Virus record (IMG/VR): IMGVR_UViG_3300033153_013547
Coordinates: 62,001-126,000 of that record
DNA length: 64,000 nt
Direction: 5' to 3' (one strand)
A program made the position numbers and the translations under genes. The notes under the pieces are model-generated. The model ran no database searches. It was not told the origin of the DNA and was given only the letters and a program-made list of their open reading frames with translations. Positions 46,322 through 56,744 of the stretch are shown here, in pieces (within the stretch, counting starts at the first letter, position 1; every line of letters begins with the position of its first letter).

Positions 46322-47887
46322 ATGGCTAACACAATTATAACTGCTACTAATTTAGTTACTCAGGAAACTACTGAGCAAACATTACAAGATGCTGGTTGTG
46401 AAACAGATGCTTTAGTAAATGAGGTTGTATATTTAGTTATATATTCTGCTTGCACTGGTTGTGTGGAAAGTACAGATAAAAGGGTAGTTGGCTCTCTTCT
46501 TTTTGGGACAGATGAAATCGCATCTTCCGAGCATGAAGTTGCAACAAGCGCAACTGTCACTGGAGGGGTGCTAAATGGCACCGCGCTCCTAACTGGAGAC
46601 GGAGTAAAGACACTCAAATTTCAATTTCGAGCACATGGCAGCAGCACCACAGCACAAATTACCAATATGTCTATAAGCGCTATTCCACTCATTGGCGAAG
46701 ATTATTCGTATGATCAATCTTTAGATGATACAGTTGTTGCAACAGACGTCGATGACATAGTCCCCGAAACAATATCCACGTTAATGATAGTTGTGCCGCC
46801 AGGCGGCAAAGATTACATACTATTCACATATTGTGAGGGTGCTCCACAAGGATCAACGGCAGCAGGCGGAGCAATTGTTGACATAAACATCAACGGTATA
46901 CCGATAGCAAGTTGGGTACGAGAATTTGAAGATATTGCTGAATGGTTTTCATTTGCCGGAGTTTTTCCCATATCGCTCGGAGAGGGCATGTATATTGTTA
47001 CAATAGATGTGTTGTCCCGATATTCTGCTAAAACAGCTGATTTCAGACGTCCACGTATTATTGCTGTCCAGCAATCCATGTTTGATATTTGTACAACAAT
47101 AACAGATGATACCGGAGCCACTACTAGCAGTGATGCGGATGTTGCCTTTGTGCCATTTTCTATTCTTCATACGCCATCTGAATCTGGCGACAAGATCGTT
47201 GCTATATGTAATTCCATTCTTGGAACCGCAATATCAGCTCGAACATCGGCAATGGAATTACAAGATGGTACCACTAACTATATGAATGATTACGGGTGCT
47301 CAGAAACCGATCCTGGGTTTGATAGTAGCCGCGATCAGTTCCCCATCATGTTGTCTTATCCGCTAGACATAAACGATCCAACCACATTATCAATATATTG
47401 GAGATGTACATACGGAGAGGGAGCGTTTGGCAGAAATGCAGATAACACTGCCGGAACAAATAGTAGCTTTGTGTTGTTGGGCGTTAAAAACACATTTAAG
47501 GCACCAAAAAATGTAAGTGCTACTGACGGTACATACACAAACAAAGTTGTTATTACATGGGACGCACCAGATGGCGAAGAACAAGCCGGATATAGTATTA
47601 CCAGAGATGGTATCGTGCTGGACACAGTTGGTGCAGAAGTCACATCATACAATGATACAACCATGACGTCAGGTATTACATATACTTATGGTGTAACAGC
47701 AAACTATGGTGAAAGCTCAAGCGGAACCATAACAGATACTGGCTATGCTGCCACTATACCAACGCCATCTGATCCAACCCCAACAAATTCTGATCCACCT
47801 GCCTTTTCAGAAGGAGCAGCAACAATGGCTGGTTGCATAGACACTATCGATTATTTTCTTGTTTGGACAGTCAATCCACCCAGTTAA
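46322..47887 (+). CDS. putative virion protein with fibronectin type III domain
   Basis: APKNVSATDGTYTNKVVITWDAP...YSITRDG...TYTYGVTA; Thr/Gly/Asp rich. Confidence 0.7.
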   Translation: MANTIITATNLVTQETTEQTLQDAGCETDALVNEVVYLVIYSACTGCVESTDKRVVGSLLFGTDEIASSEHEVATSATVTGGVLNGTALLTGDGVKTLKFQFRAHGSSTTAQITNMSISAIPLIGEDYSYDQSLDDTVVATDVDDIVPETISTLMIVVPPGGKDYILFTYCEGAPQGSTAAGGAIVDININGIPIASWVREFEDIAEWFSFAGVFPISLGEGMYIVTIDVLSRYSAKTADFRRPRIIAVQQSMFDICTTITDDTGATTSSDADVAFVPFSILHTPSESGDKIVAICNSILGTAISARTSAMELQDGTTNYMNDYGCSETDPGFDSSRDQFPIMLSYPLDINDPTTLSIYWRCTYGEGAFGRNADNTAGTNSSFVLLGVKNTFKAPKNVSATDGTYTNKVVITWDAPDGEEQAGYSITRDGIVLDTVGAEVTSYNDTTMTSGITYTYGVTANYGESSSGTITDTGYAATIPTPSDPTPTNSDPPAFSEGAATMAGCIDTIDYFLVWTVNPPS

Positions 47888-48010
47888 TCAGACAGGATGA
47901 CTAATAAGATGACTAATATTAAATGATCAAGTAGAGTGAATTGATTTAGACGTATACTTGTGTCACAATTATCACATGTATATGCATCATGGACATAAGG
48001 AGAAATAACT

Positions 48011-51000
48011 ATGCCATATGTATTCAATTATCCTTTCAATCCTTCGGCTTCTGAAAAAAATGATGCACCCGATGGCTTACCGTACACAGTCGAGAGAACG
48101 GAAACAATTCCAATTGTCCTTGATGGGGAACTCATCACAGCACCTCATCACAATTCTCTGAAAAAAAGCATAGTGGGAACATTCCTGGAAGCCACATCGA
48201 TTGATCCCCAGCTTTATAGGTATGGCTTAGAACAATTCATAGGCCCATTGTGGAGTAGATTACATGATACATGGAGCCAAGGATATGAATATCGTAGTGT
48301 GTCTGAAGATTCTGGGTTAGGTGCCTGGACAAACTGGGATTTTGATCCAACTATTCCTTATGATCTTGATGATCCTACTACTAGAATCAATGCAAATATG
48401 TATCAGCAAGAGAATAGAATCAAAACCACTATCTACGACATAGACAATACTGGTGTAGTTGAGGGTCACAATGAACTGACAGGGGTAGGCACCATCCTTG
48501 GTAGAATAAGATATGGGTCTGCTGACAGCTATGTTTACAACAATTCACTTAAATATTGTTATTTAGATGCAGATACTGCTAAAGACTGGCCAGCAGATAC
48601 TGATCATAATCTTCGTAGGCAGAGATTGCTTTCTGAATACTGGTGGATATATAACGATACTCAAACAATATATCCAGGAACCACACAACCCTGGGCATAC
48701 GTATATGATGCTACTTTAGAAACCCTGGGAGCTACTTACTCAAGTTACGGACAATTTACCATAAAGCTTGGAAATCCATCAGTTGGTGGAGTGTCTTATG
48801 TTGAATATTTTGATATAATCCCATGGTCACCATACAATGAAGGATCTAATTTCTATACTGATGTAGATCCTGTGCTCAATGTTTCTGTTGTTTACAAACC
48901 AGCCCTTTCTGTGTCCCAAGCAGATTCTATTCTTGCAGAAACAGCAGAAGCACCAGTATTTAGGATTGGCATTTCTGTATTCGATGTCAACCATGAGAAA
49001 TTGGGTGATTACTACTGCGATGTAGCAGCCGCAGTGGTACCAGTAGATACTGTTATTCCGTGGACAAAGGTTGCTGTTTCTTTTGTGCCTAAGTATAACA
49101 ATTCTACTTTACAGGGGTGCATAACAGTTGCAGATATTGTGGGAAACAAATGCTATACAGCAGAAGTAGAAGTTGGAGCATCTGTTACTGGAACACATTA
49201 TTCAGCATTTAGTGACGAAGAAAAGACGGGTTATATAGCATACATCAGGCCATTTATATGGAGAGAACACGCATCATACGATATAGACTTTGGTGATGCA
49301 GATATTTACGTTGCCAAAATTGATGTATATGAAGGATCTAAAAATTACTACAATATAGATCTTACACAATGTAGGGTTTGTGATACTGTTTATTTTGGCA
49401 AGGGTGATAATGCAGGAATTACAGCACCAACTGGTGATCCAGATAATGGTGCAACCACACAGATCCCCCTATACATAGATACTGGTGTTGATGCAGATAG
49501 TGATAATAATATTTTTCTGTCTACATCTCAAATCACACACATCAACTCAACAACAGCTGGTGCAGGCTCACCAGGTGACTCAACTACCTATAGCAATTTA
49601 GCAGAACTCATAGATCTATACATAACCAAAAATATTGATGCTTATTTAGCCAAAGTTGGAGACACAATAGTCTATACAACTGGTGGCTATAACACATCTG
49701 AACTGGCATTTGATGGAACCAGTGCAGATTGGCCTTTTACAACTCCTTCTGGTACATTTGATTTAACATATATTTTAAGCAATCTATCTATATTTAACAA
49801 TGATGATATAGGTGAGACTATATGGAATGGTAGCTTCAGCAATGCCACAGGTTGGTCTGGTGGTTTTTATGTAGGTCCAGTAATAAGTGCCTACAACTAC
49901 TTGAGCACTTCTGGCATTTCACTCAATATACAACAACCATATATTGAAGCATACACTGCTGGATATGAAATTACACCAACAGAGATTACCAACCATTCTG
50001 TTAATGGTATGCCCACAATTGATGTGGCAGCGACTGGTAGCACAGATACTACAGCAGCAGGCGGAATAACATTCAGAGATTATTTCAGGCGCCTGGTTGC
50101 AGGAGAAACCCCTGCGGCCCCAAGTGAAGTGGCAATGAGGGTCTTTGGCAGTTTGACCATAGCTAACATGCCAACCACAGCATCTTTTGGCACCCAGGTT
50201 ACAATCTCTGATGGACTTGTTGATGGCATAGATATAGCAAACCACAATCACAGAGGGGGAACGTCTGGTCTGCAAATCCCCATTGCTGGTCTAACTTCTC
50301 AGGTTACAGACAGAATGTTTGATAGCACAGATGACAAAACAGATGTCATCAGCTTGATTGAAAATGATGGTGAAGACAAGAACAATTTTCACAAGCATCA
50401 TGTAGATCAGTTGTTGGCGTGCCCGACGCTTGGAGATCTTGGTGAGGAAGCCTATTTTTCTACCAATCATTCTCACTGCACGGTAGTCAAGGTATATGTT
50501 GCTGATTGGGGACTTTCATCAGAAGATTTTGGTTATTGGCAAACAGTCACAACAGATCCAGCCATTATTACAGTAAAACCCAGGATGATAACGTTAGCCC
50601 CCATGTATTCGTCCGCAACCGCCGCCTGCAACCTATGCCATAGCTGGAAATGCATATGGGTAAGCGATCCAGCATCGAGTGAAACAAGTGACTCATATGA
50701 ATTCTATGGTCCCACAGAAGTGCGAGGCTATAATGCATCAGGTACCGGCGATTCCTATTACACCCTGATCAACGGACTGGTTGGTTTGGGTGATGCCAAC
50801 GCTACAGATCCTGCGCTACCACCACCACCAGCACCACAACCGCCAATGGCTACACCAATTAGGGTTGTCTCTAATGGTTCGTACTATGTAATATGGATTC
50901 GTAATCTGCGCTATTGGATCAAGGATAGCTGGTATGGTGATCATAATTGGGAAGACACACACAATGATCTTATTGATATACCAGATGGAACAGATTGGTG

Positions 51001-51022
51001 GAAACTGGTAATACATTACTAA
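48011..51022 (+). CDS. large virion structural/tail-fibre-like protein
   Basis: 1003 aa, T/D/G/Y rich; VDGIDIANHNH and HxH motifs typical of fibres/spikes. Confidence 0.65.
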   Translation: MPYVFNYPFNPSASEKNDAPDGLPYTVERTETIPIVLDGELITAPHHNSLKKSIVGTFLEATSIDPQLYRYGLEQFIGPLWSRLHDTWSQGYEYRSVSEDSGLGAWTNWDFDPTIPYDLDDPTTRINANMYQQENRIKTTIYDIDNTGVVEGHNELTGVGTILGRIRYGSADSYVYNNSLKYCYLDADTAKDWPADTDHNLRRQRLLSEYWWIYNDTQTIYPGTTQPWAYVYDATLETLGATYSSYGQFTIKLGNPSVGGVSYVEYFDIIPWSPYNEGSNFYTDVDPVLNVSVVYKPALSVSQADSILAETAEAPVFRIGISVFDVNHEKLGDYYCDVAAAVVPVDTVIPWTKVAVSFVPKYNNSTLQGCITVADIVGNKCYTAEVEVGASVTGTHYSAFSDEEKTGYIAYIRPFIWREHASYDIDFGDADIYVAKIDVYEGSKNYYNIDLTQCRVCDTVYFGKGDNAGITAPTGDPDNGATTQIPLYIDTGVDADSDNNIFLSTSQITHINSTTAGAGSPGDSTTYSNLAELIDLYITKNIDAYLAKVGDTIVYTTGGYNTSELAFDGTSADWPFTTPSGTFDLTYILSNLSIFNNDDIGETIWNGSFSNATGWSGGFYVGPVISAYNYLSTSGISLNIQQPYIEAYTAGYEITPTEITNHSVNGMPTIDVAATGSTDTTAAGGITFRDYFRRLVAGETPAAPSEVAMRVFGSLTIANMPTTASFGTQVTISDGLVDGIDIANHNHRGGTSGLQIPIAGLTSQVTDRMFDSTDDKTDVISLIENDGEDKNNFHKHHVDQLLACPTLGDLGEEAYFSTNHSHCTVVKVYVADWGLSSEDFGYWQTVTTDPAIITVKPRMITLAPMYSSATAACNLCHSWKCIWVSDPASSETSDSYEFYGPTEVRGYNASGTGDSYYTLINGLVGLGDANATDPALPPPPAPQPPMATPIRVVSNGSYYVIWIRNLRYWIKDSWYGDHNWEDTHNDLIDIPDGTDWWKLVIHY

Positions 51023-51023
51023 A

Positions 51024-51635
51024 ATGAAAAAAGAAAAAGCATTAGCAAAAACAGAAGGTTGGGCAATCAAGCCCTTTAAGGATGAAGACCTATCTATAGA
51101 AATGGTCCAAGACATTCTACAAACCTGGCTGGCAGATTTACCAATAACTTGTGCACAGAAAAAAGTAAAGTGTCCTAATTGTCCTCATCCTAATAGTAAT
51201 ACTGAATTATGTTCAAGAGAAGTAAACTATTGTGCTGTAATGTATAAAGGATACATAGCTCAACTTGGTGTAGAACCAACAAAACTAATTGATCAAAAAC
51301 TTGTAAAAGATCTTGTGAAAATAGATCTCAAACTATACAGGCTTGAAATGGCAGATGATGGAGACTATGAGCAAGATCAGATAGTAGGTGTAACAGAAAC
51401 AGGAGAACCTCTGTATACCAAGCAACTTGCTAATTCTGTTGAATATATGGAAAAATTGTATAATATGAAGCTGAAAATAATGAAACAATTGGGTATTACA
51501 ATGAAAGGTAGTAATGTCCATGACAATGTAAATACTGTTGGAGATTATAGTGTTGTTGCTGCCCAAGTCAAGGCCAATCCTCATATCAAAAGAGAATTGA
51601 GAGATAAAAAGGCCAGAGATCTTGGGCTGGATTAG
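51024..51635 (+). CDS. hypothetical protein, possible terminase small subunit
   Basis: Cys cluster, helical core ending KQLGIT; upstream of terL. Confidence 0.45.
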   Translation: MKKEKALAKTEGWAIKPFKDEDLSIEMVQDILQTWLADLPITCAQKKVKCPNCPHPNSNTELCSREVNYCAVMYKGYIAQLGVEPTKLIDQKLVKDLVKIDLKLYRLEMADDGDYEQDQIVGVTETGEPLYTKQLANSVEYMEKLYNMKLKIMKQLGITMKGSNVHDNVNTVGDYSVVAAQVKANPHIKRELRDKKARDLGLD

Positions 51636-51725
51636 GTGATCTATATTTTTATAGATTATGGATTTTTAGTGATAGGAATAATAGCAGGCTTTATCATAGG
51701 CCTGTGTGTGAGGATGAGATAAAAA

Positions 51726-52466
51726 ATGGCAAGAGCATTGGTAAAAGGACTTGTGAAAGGACTAGAAACAGCAAGGAAAAGCCTTGGACGAGGAACTGGT
51801 CGGGGGGGGACACTTATAGATGAAGTAACCGGCAAAATCTATACTGGTCCGCGGAAAATACCTGGCGTTATAGACAAGGGAACTGGCGAAATTTTTCCGC
51901 CACTACCGCCAACAACAAGACTAATCTCACCATCAATTGCGCCAAAAGGTCCGCGTTACTTCCCGGCAGATGACCCAATCCCCATGGGCCAACAAGGGAG
52001 ACTTTTCGCAGGAATTCCCAGAACATACAAACAAGTTGCAAACGCACAACCAGCCCTCAAAACAAACATCCATCCTGGTCAAATGCACCTAAGAGAGGCT
52101 TTTTCTCCCTTATACCAAATAAGTGAAAAGGGCTACCAAAATATATTGAGACATGCTGGCTGGACAGGATTATATGCCTTTGGAGGCTATCATGCTGGTG
52201 CAGGAGCAGCAGGATTATTTGGTGCTGATGAAGATACTCAAAGATTCTGGGGCAGAATAGGTGCTGGTGCAGGAGCATATGCACATATAACAAGAAATAT
52301 TCTTGGTAGAGATATTTTGTTCAGGCAATTCAAAAAAGGATCAAAGGTTCCTACCAAATATACTTTCAAAACATCAACAGATGGGACTTTTAATATGTTC
52401 CTCAATCCAGAATTTGCTGGTAAAACATTACAAGAAAAGATGATGCCAGGAAGATCTGCCTGGTAA
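51726..52466 (+). CDS. hypothetical Gly/Ala-rich protein
   Basis: 246-aa ORF. Confidence 0.7.
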   Translation: MARALVKGLVKGLETARKSLGRGTGRGGTLIDEVTGKIYTGPRKIPGVIDKGTGEIFPPLPPTTRLISPSIAPKGPRYFPADDPIPMGQQGRLFAGIPRTYKQVANAQPALKTNIHPGQMHLREAFSPLYQISEKGYQNILRHAGWTGLYAFGGYHAGAGAAGLFGADEDTQRFWGRIGAGAGAYAHITRNILGRDILFRQFKKGSKVPTKYTFKTSTDGTFNMFLNPEFAGKTLQEKMMPGRSAW

Positions 52467-52538
52467 AACATTATCAAGAAAGATGATGCAAGGAAGATCT
52501 CCCTTTATGTTGGGATAGTGTAATTATTGGTGATATAA

Positions 52539-52892
52539 ATGGGTATAATCAAAAAAGCACTTCAAAGTTCACAAAAATTTGTTAGTGGCCTTGGTGCATA
52601 TGGCACAAGCCCTGCCTTTGAAGCAGCCAGAAGGGGAGGAGGACTACGTGCCTCTCTCATAACTGGTTGGGCAGCATATGAAGGATATGGCTTATACCAA
52701 GGAATGGTAGCACCAGCAGTTGGAGAACAATATAGAATTGCTACTGCTTCACGTAGACCACCTGACTATTCATCTGTTATCAACGAACAGGTTTTTGGAT
52801 ATGCAAGAACTGGTGGATCACAAGCACCAAGGCTAGGAACAACAGGTGGACAAGTCTTGAGTGCTCATTATGGAAGGAAGGCTAACTACTAA
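52539..52892 (+). CDS. hypothetical Gly/Ala-rich protein
   Basis: 117 aa; stop overlaps next start. Confidence 0.7.
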   Translation: MGIIKKALQSSQKFVSGLGAYGTSPAFEAARRGGGLRASLITGWAAYEGYGLYQGMVAPAVGEQYRIATASRRPPDYSSVINEQVFGYARTGGSQAPRLGTTGGQVLSAHYGRKANY

Positions 52893-53311
52893 TGGCAGGA
52901 TTACCCAAAATATCCCCACTTGGCAGCACCCTTGTTTCAGCAGGAGCATTCACGGCCATAGATTTTGCGATGGGAAATAGACCATCTTTCAAAGAATGGC
53001 TTGGTCACACTGGTATTCCGTTTGCTATTTTGCCGTTGGTTGCCCCAGAATTGGTTTGGCCATATATTATTTTAGATACAGCGATTTCCTTGGCACCTTT
53101 ATCTAAAGAATTAGCCAGTGGTATAACCAGGGGATATGAGGATGCCAGAACAACTACCTTTACAGGAGGTCCGATGCGAACGGTTGACACAAGGCAAGCA
53201 GCAACAATGAGACAGCGAGCCTTGTCTGACATATCTGCCAGTGGAATGACTTTAAGAAATGCCCTTACAGGACAAGGCAGAATTTTCCACTATAGATATG
53301 GTCGTTACTAA
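52892..53311 (+). CDS. hypothetical protein
   Basis: 139 aa; immediately upstream of terL. Confidence 0.7.
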   Translation: MAGLPKISPLGSTLVSAGAFTAIDFAMGNRPSFKEWLGHTGIPFAILPLVAPELVWPYIILDTAISLAPLSKELASGITRGYEDARTTTFTGGPMRTVDTRQAATMRQRALSDISASGMTLRNALTGQGRIFHYRYGRY

Positions 53312-53322
53312 TCGGCACATCA

Positions 53323-56220
53323 ATGTTACCCGAAGACAACAATACTCCCAATGACTTCATCGATTTTCTTTTTGCAGAAGAAGACAACACCACAGCAGAA
53401 CTGGTTGATCTTTATTCAATATTAGATGATATCCCCAAATGGGTGGAGCATGAGTTTGACATTGAGCTTCGTCCCTTTCAAACAAACATATTGTCTTGCG
53501 ACAACAAAAAAATAGTGATGAGAATCGCTCGTCGTCAAGGTAAATGTTTACACGAAGATACAGCAGTAATGTTGGCCAATGGTGAGACTCGCCCAATCAA
53601 AGACATAAACAAAGGTGACTGGGTTATTTCAACATACGATCAGTCTGTTTGTCCCAGACAAGTAAAAGAAAAACATGACAATGGCATTCAATTCTGTCAT
53701 ATAGTCAAAACAAAAACTGGTAGAGAAATAATCTGCACAGCAGACCACAGGCTGCTCAAACAATTTAGTAACAACCCAAGATGGACTAAGCTAAAAAACA
53801 TTAGTGTTGGCAACAAAATAGCCATTTTGGGATCTGCTCCTTGTTTTGGCAATGAAAAATTATTAGAAGATCACGTCACAGGAAGCATTCCAAAAAATTA
53901 TAACAAGCTAAACAAGATCAATTCTGAAGCTGCTTTATCAGACTATGTCTATCATCACCATCACAAAATCATTATTCAATCAATAGGTTATAAAATAGCT
54001 TGTGACTCAGAATATGAAAAGAATGCCCTAGAATTATTATTACTACGAGCAGGAATATTTCCAATAATCCAACAAAAAGACAAAAGTGATACCATCTATT
54101 TATCTATCAAAGATTATAGTAGTGTCAAAAAATCTATCAAGTTGTTTGGACTACCAATAACATTGCCTGCTCATAATTACATTGATCGAACTAACGACGT
54201 GATCTGGGATGAAATTATTAGCATCAAAGAGTTTGGAAATGTCCAGACATATGATTTAGAAATTGACACATACAAGCACAAAGATAAGAACTTCATAGGT
54301 AATGGTGTAATAGTGCATAACAGTTTTGTTATGTTGCTGAAAGTATTACATTTTTGCATGACACATGCTAATGCTGCTGTTTTCTGGATAGCACAGGCTG
54401 AATCTATCATTCAGGAAATTTTTGAAATCAAACTCAATGATGTGCTCTCCCGCAGTCTACGTCCTCATATTGAGGCTAGCATACAAAGAAGGACCAAAAA
54501 ACCTTGCACCATTACATTTGGCAATGGTACTATAATTCGTACAGCCATAGCTGGTAAGGGATCAACGGGCGAGGCTGTTCGTGGACTTGGACAACGATTA
54601 TCTGGCACGGGCCGAGTGTGCAAAGCCAGGGTATTAAAAGTTAGTGGATATAATGTTGTAATCAAAGTTATAGAAAAAGCAGAAGATGATATTACATATA
54701 AGGAAAGAGACATTTTCTTTGATCACTATATCAAAGATCAAGAAAATAAGAAAATCAGGATTGACAGTAGCACAGCAAGAGGATCAGATGGTTCTATAGG
54801 ACTCAAACTTGCTGGTAAGCCCAAACTCTTGTTAGATGACGAAATATGGATAAGGGTTGAAACAGTCCAAGGAGACGTTCTTATTGTCTTAGACGAGATG
54901 GAAATTCTTAGTGAACGATCCCTGGTGGCTTTGATTCCCATTATACAAGAAAGCAAAACAGTTGAGGTCTGGGGGGCGTCGACGCCCGCTGCAGGACCAT
55001 CTACATTTAAAAGATGGTGTAAATCACCTGTAATCAACAAGAAAACAGGCCTAAATGCTTTGGGATTCGTTCATTTTCACTATCCACAATGGGAAATTGA
55101 TCCACTTTGGATTGTGCGTGACGAAAATACTGGCGAAGCACTTTTGGATGAAAACGGAGAAATACTAACACGAGAACAAGAGCTCAGAAGCCACCTAAGT
55201 CCTATTGATTATACCAGAGAGGTCGGCGCTGATTGGGGGGACGACGAAGAAGGAGCATATTCCAAACACAAAATAGACGAGTGCTTCCGCGGACCATCTT
55301 CCAATTATCTATATTCTAACATAATAGATCCAGATAGCCCCATGAGAACAATGGGAGTTGACTGGAACAAATTTGGTGCTGGTCCCGAAATGGTAATTAT
55401 TCAAATGCATCCAGAAACTAAAATATTATACATAGTTGCAAGGTATCAAATGCCAGCAGCCACAAGCGAAAATGACCTCGTGTATACAAGCGCCGTGCAA
55501 ATGGTAGATCAATTGGCACAAATATACAGACCTCATCACATATATGTTGACAGAGGTGCTGGTGAACAGCAAGTAGAAACACTACTACAAATGGCTGAAA
55601 AGCCAGGCAAAGGATATTTGAGGGTTATGCAAGGCAAAAACTTTGGGTCAACAATAGAAGTGCTCAACTATTGGGAAAAAACCTGGGACAAAGCACGCCT
55701 AAAATCCGTTATGATAGACAATTTGAGCAAAATACTTGATCACAATCTAATAATTGGTAGAGATGATAAAGCCAACCTAATAGACGTAGTCAACGTCGAA
55801 GAAGGACATTATATCAAGCCACCCAATCTTAGGCACATGACCCAATCATTTGTAGTTTCATTACCAGAAGAACTGGAAGCTGTGAGAGTCAAGGGTAAAG
55901 ACACCAAAGGCTATTCTTTTGAAAGCCAAATAGAAGATCATGGGCATGATGCATTGTTGCTTGCTGTGCAAGCTGTTTTTGAAAATCACGACGATTATAA
56001 AAACAGCAAACCAGTGGGTAGGATAAGTCTCAACACAATGCCAGTTGCAGAAATAGCATATAAAGAATATTCTAAATCTTTATGCAGAGCAATTGATGAA
56101 ATAGGAGAGGGGAAGACCCAAATCTCAATTATTCCTGTTAAATCTATCAAGCCACGAAGAGGCAGAGGAAGAACGGCGTTTGGATCAAAAAATCGACCAA
56201 GCAGGGTATACTGGAGATAA
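53323..56220 (+). CDS. terL: terminase large subunit with intein
   Basis: LRPFQ, Walker A ARRQGK|S, Walker B IVLDE, ASTP, MGVDW, IYVDRGAG, DHGHDA. Confidence 0.92.
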   Translation: MLPEDNNTPNDFIDFLFAEEDNTTAELVDLYSILDDIPKWVEHEFDIELRPFQTNILSCDNKKIVMRIARRQGKCLHEDTAVMLANGETRPIKDINKGDWVISTYDQSVCPRQVKEKHDNGIQFCHIVKTKTGREIICTADHRLLKQFSNNPRWTKLKNISVGNKIAILGSAPCFGNEKLLEDHVTGSIPKNYNKLNKINSEAALSDYVYHHHHKIIIQSIGYKIACDSEYEKNALELLLLRAGIFPIIQQKDKSDTIYLSIKDYSSVKKSIKLFGLPITLPAHNYIDRTNDVIWDEIISIKEFGNVQTYDLEIDTYKHKDKNFIGNGVIVHNSFVMLLKVLHFCMTHANAAVFWIAQAESIIQEIFEIKLNDVLSRSLRPHIEASIQRRTKKPCTITFGNGTIIRTAIAGKGSTGEAVRGLGQRLSGTGRVCKARVLKVSGYNVVIKVIEKAEDDITYKERDIFFDHYIKDQENKKIRIDSSTARGSDGSIGLKLAGKPKLLLDDEIWIRVETVQGDVLIVLDEMEILSERSLVALIPIIQESKTVEVWGASTPAAGPSTFKRWCKSPVINKKTGLNALGFVHFHYPQWEIDPLWIVRDENTGEALLDENGEILTREQELRSHLSPIDYTREVGADWGDDEEGAYSKHKIDECFRGPSSNYLYSNIIDPDSPMRTMGVDWNKFGAGPEMVIIQMHPETKILYIVARYQMPAATSENDLVYTSAVQMVDQLAQIYRPHHIYVDRGAGEQQVETLLQMAEKPGKGYLRVMQGKNFGSTIEVLNYWEKTWDKARLKSVMIDNLSKILDHNLIIGRDDKANLIDVVNVEEGHYIKPPNLRHMTQSFVVSLPEELEAVRVKGKDTKGYSFESQIEDHGHDALLLAVQAVFENHDDYKNSKPVGRISLNTMPVAEIAYKEYSKSLCRAIDEIGEGKTQISIIPVKSIKPRRGRGRTAFGSKNRPSRVYWR
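53545..54321 (+). mobile_element. intein (259 aa) with degenerate endonuclease, inserted in Walker A
   Basis: CLHEDT...CTADHR...TYDLEI...NGVIVHN followed by Ser. Confidence 0.92.
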
Positions 56221-56221
56221 A

Positions 56222-56743
56222 ATGGCAGAAGAACTAAACTTTGATGAGTTGTTGTCAAATATTGGTGTGCAACCAGACACACCAGATGAATTACAACCAA
56301 CAGCACCTTTGCCCAGGGAGCCTGACGATCAGTTGGCAAAAGAAGCCGTTGGTGACTCTAATCTGTATCTTCTACCACAACATCAACAGGCATTGGCTTT
56401 TGTTGGTTTGTATAATGCTGCTATTAGAATCATAGATGCTCAAAAAGTAATCTCTGGTAAATATGGAAACAAAACAATAAATTTAGCAGATCTTCCTGGG
56501 GGAGAATATCTGAAAGATCTCGTTGGCAAAGATAACTTGACATTTGCAGATATAGCCAATATAGTATCTACATCAAACTCCGTGAAATTCATAAAAAATA
56601 CCAGGGATATCGATGATGCAGTAGATATGATTGCTGATAATCCTCTTATGCCTGGTGCAACCATATGTGAAGACGAACTAAAATTAGAAAAGCAGAGATT
56701 ACATAATCTAAAGATATCTTTAGAAAATCTGTCTAAGAAATAA
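56222..56743 (+). CDS. hypothetical protein (start revised to MAEELNF)
   Basis: GGAG SD; starts right after the terL stop. Confidence 0.7.
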   Translation: MAEELNFDELLSNIGVQPDTPDELQPTAPLPREPDDQLAKEAVGDSNLYLLPQHQQALAFVGLYNAAIRIIDAQKVISGKYGNKTINLADLPGGEYLKDLVGKDNLTFADIANIVSTSNSVKFIKNTRDIDDAVDMIADNPLMPGATICEDELKLEKQRLHNLKISLENLSKK

Positions 56744-56744
56744 A

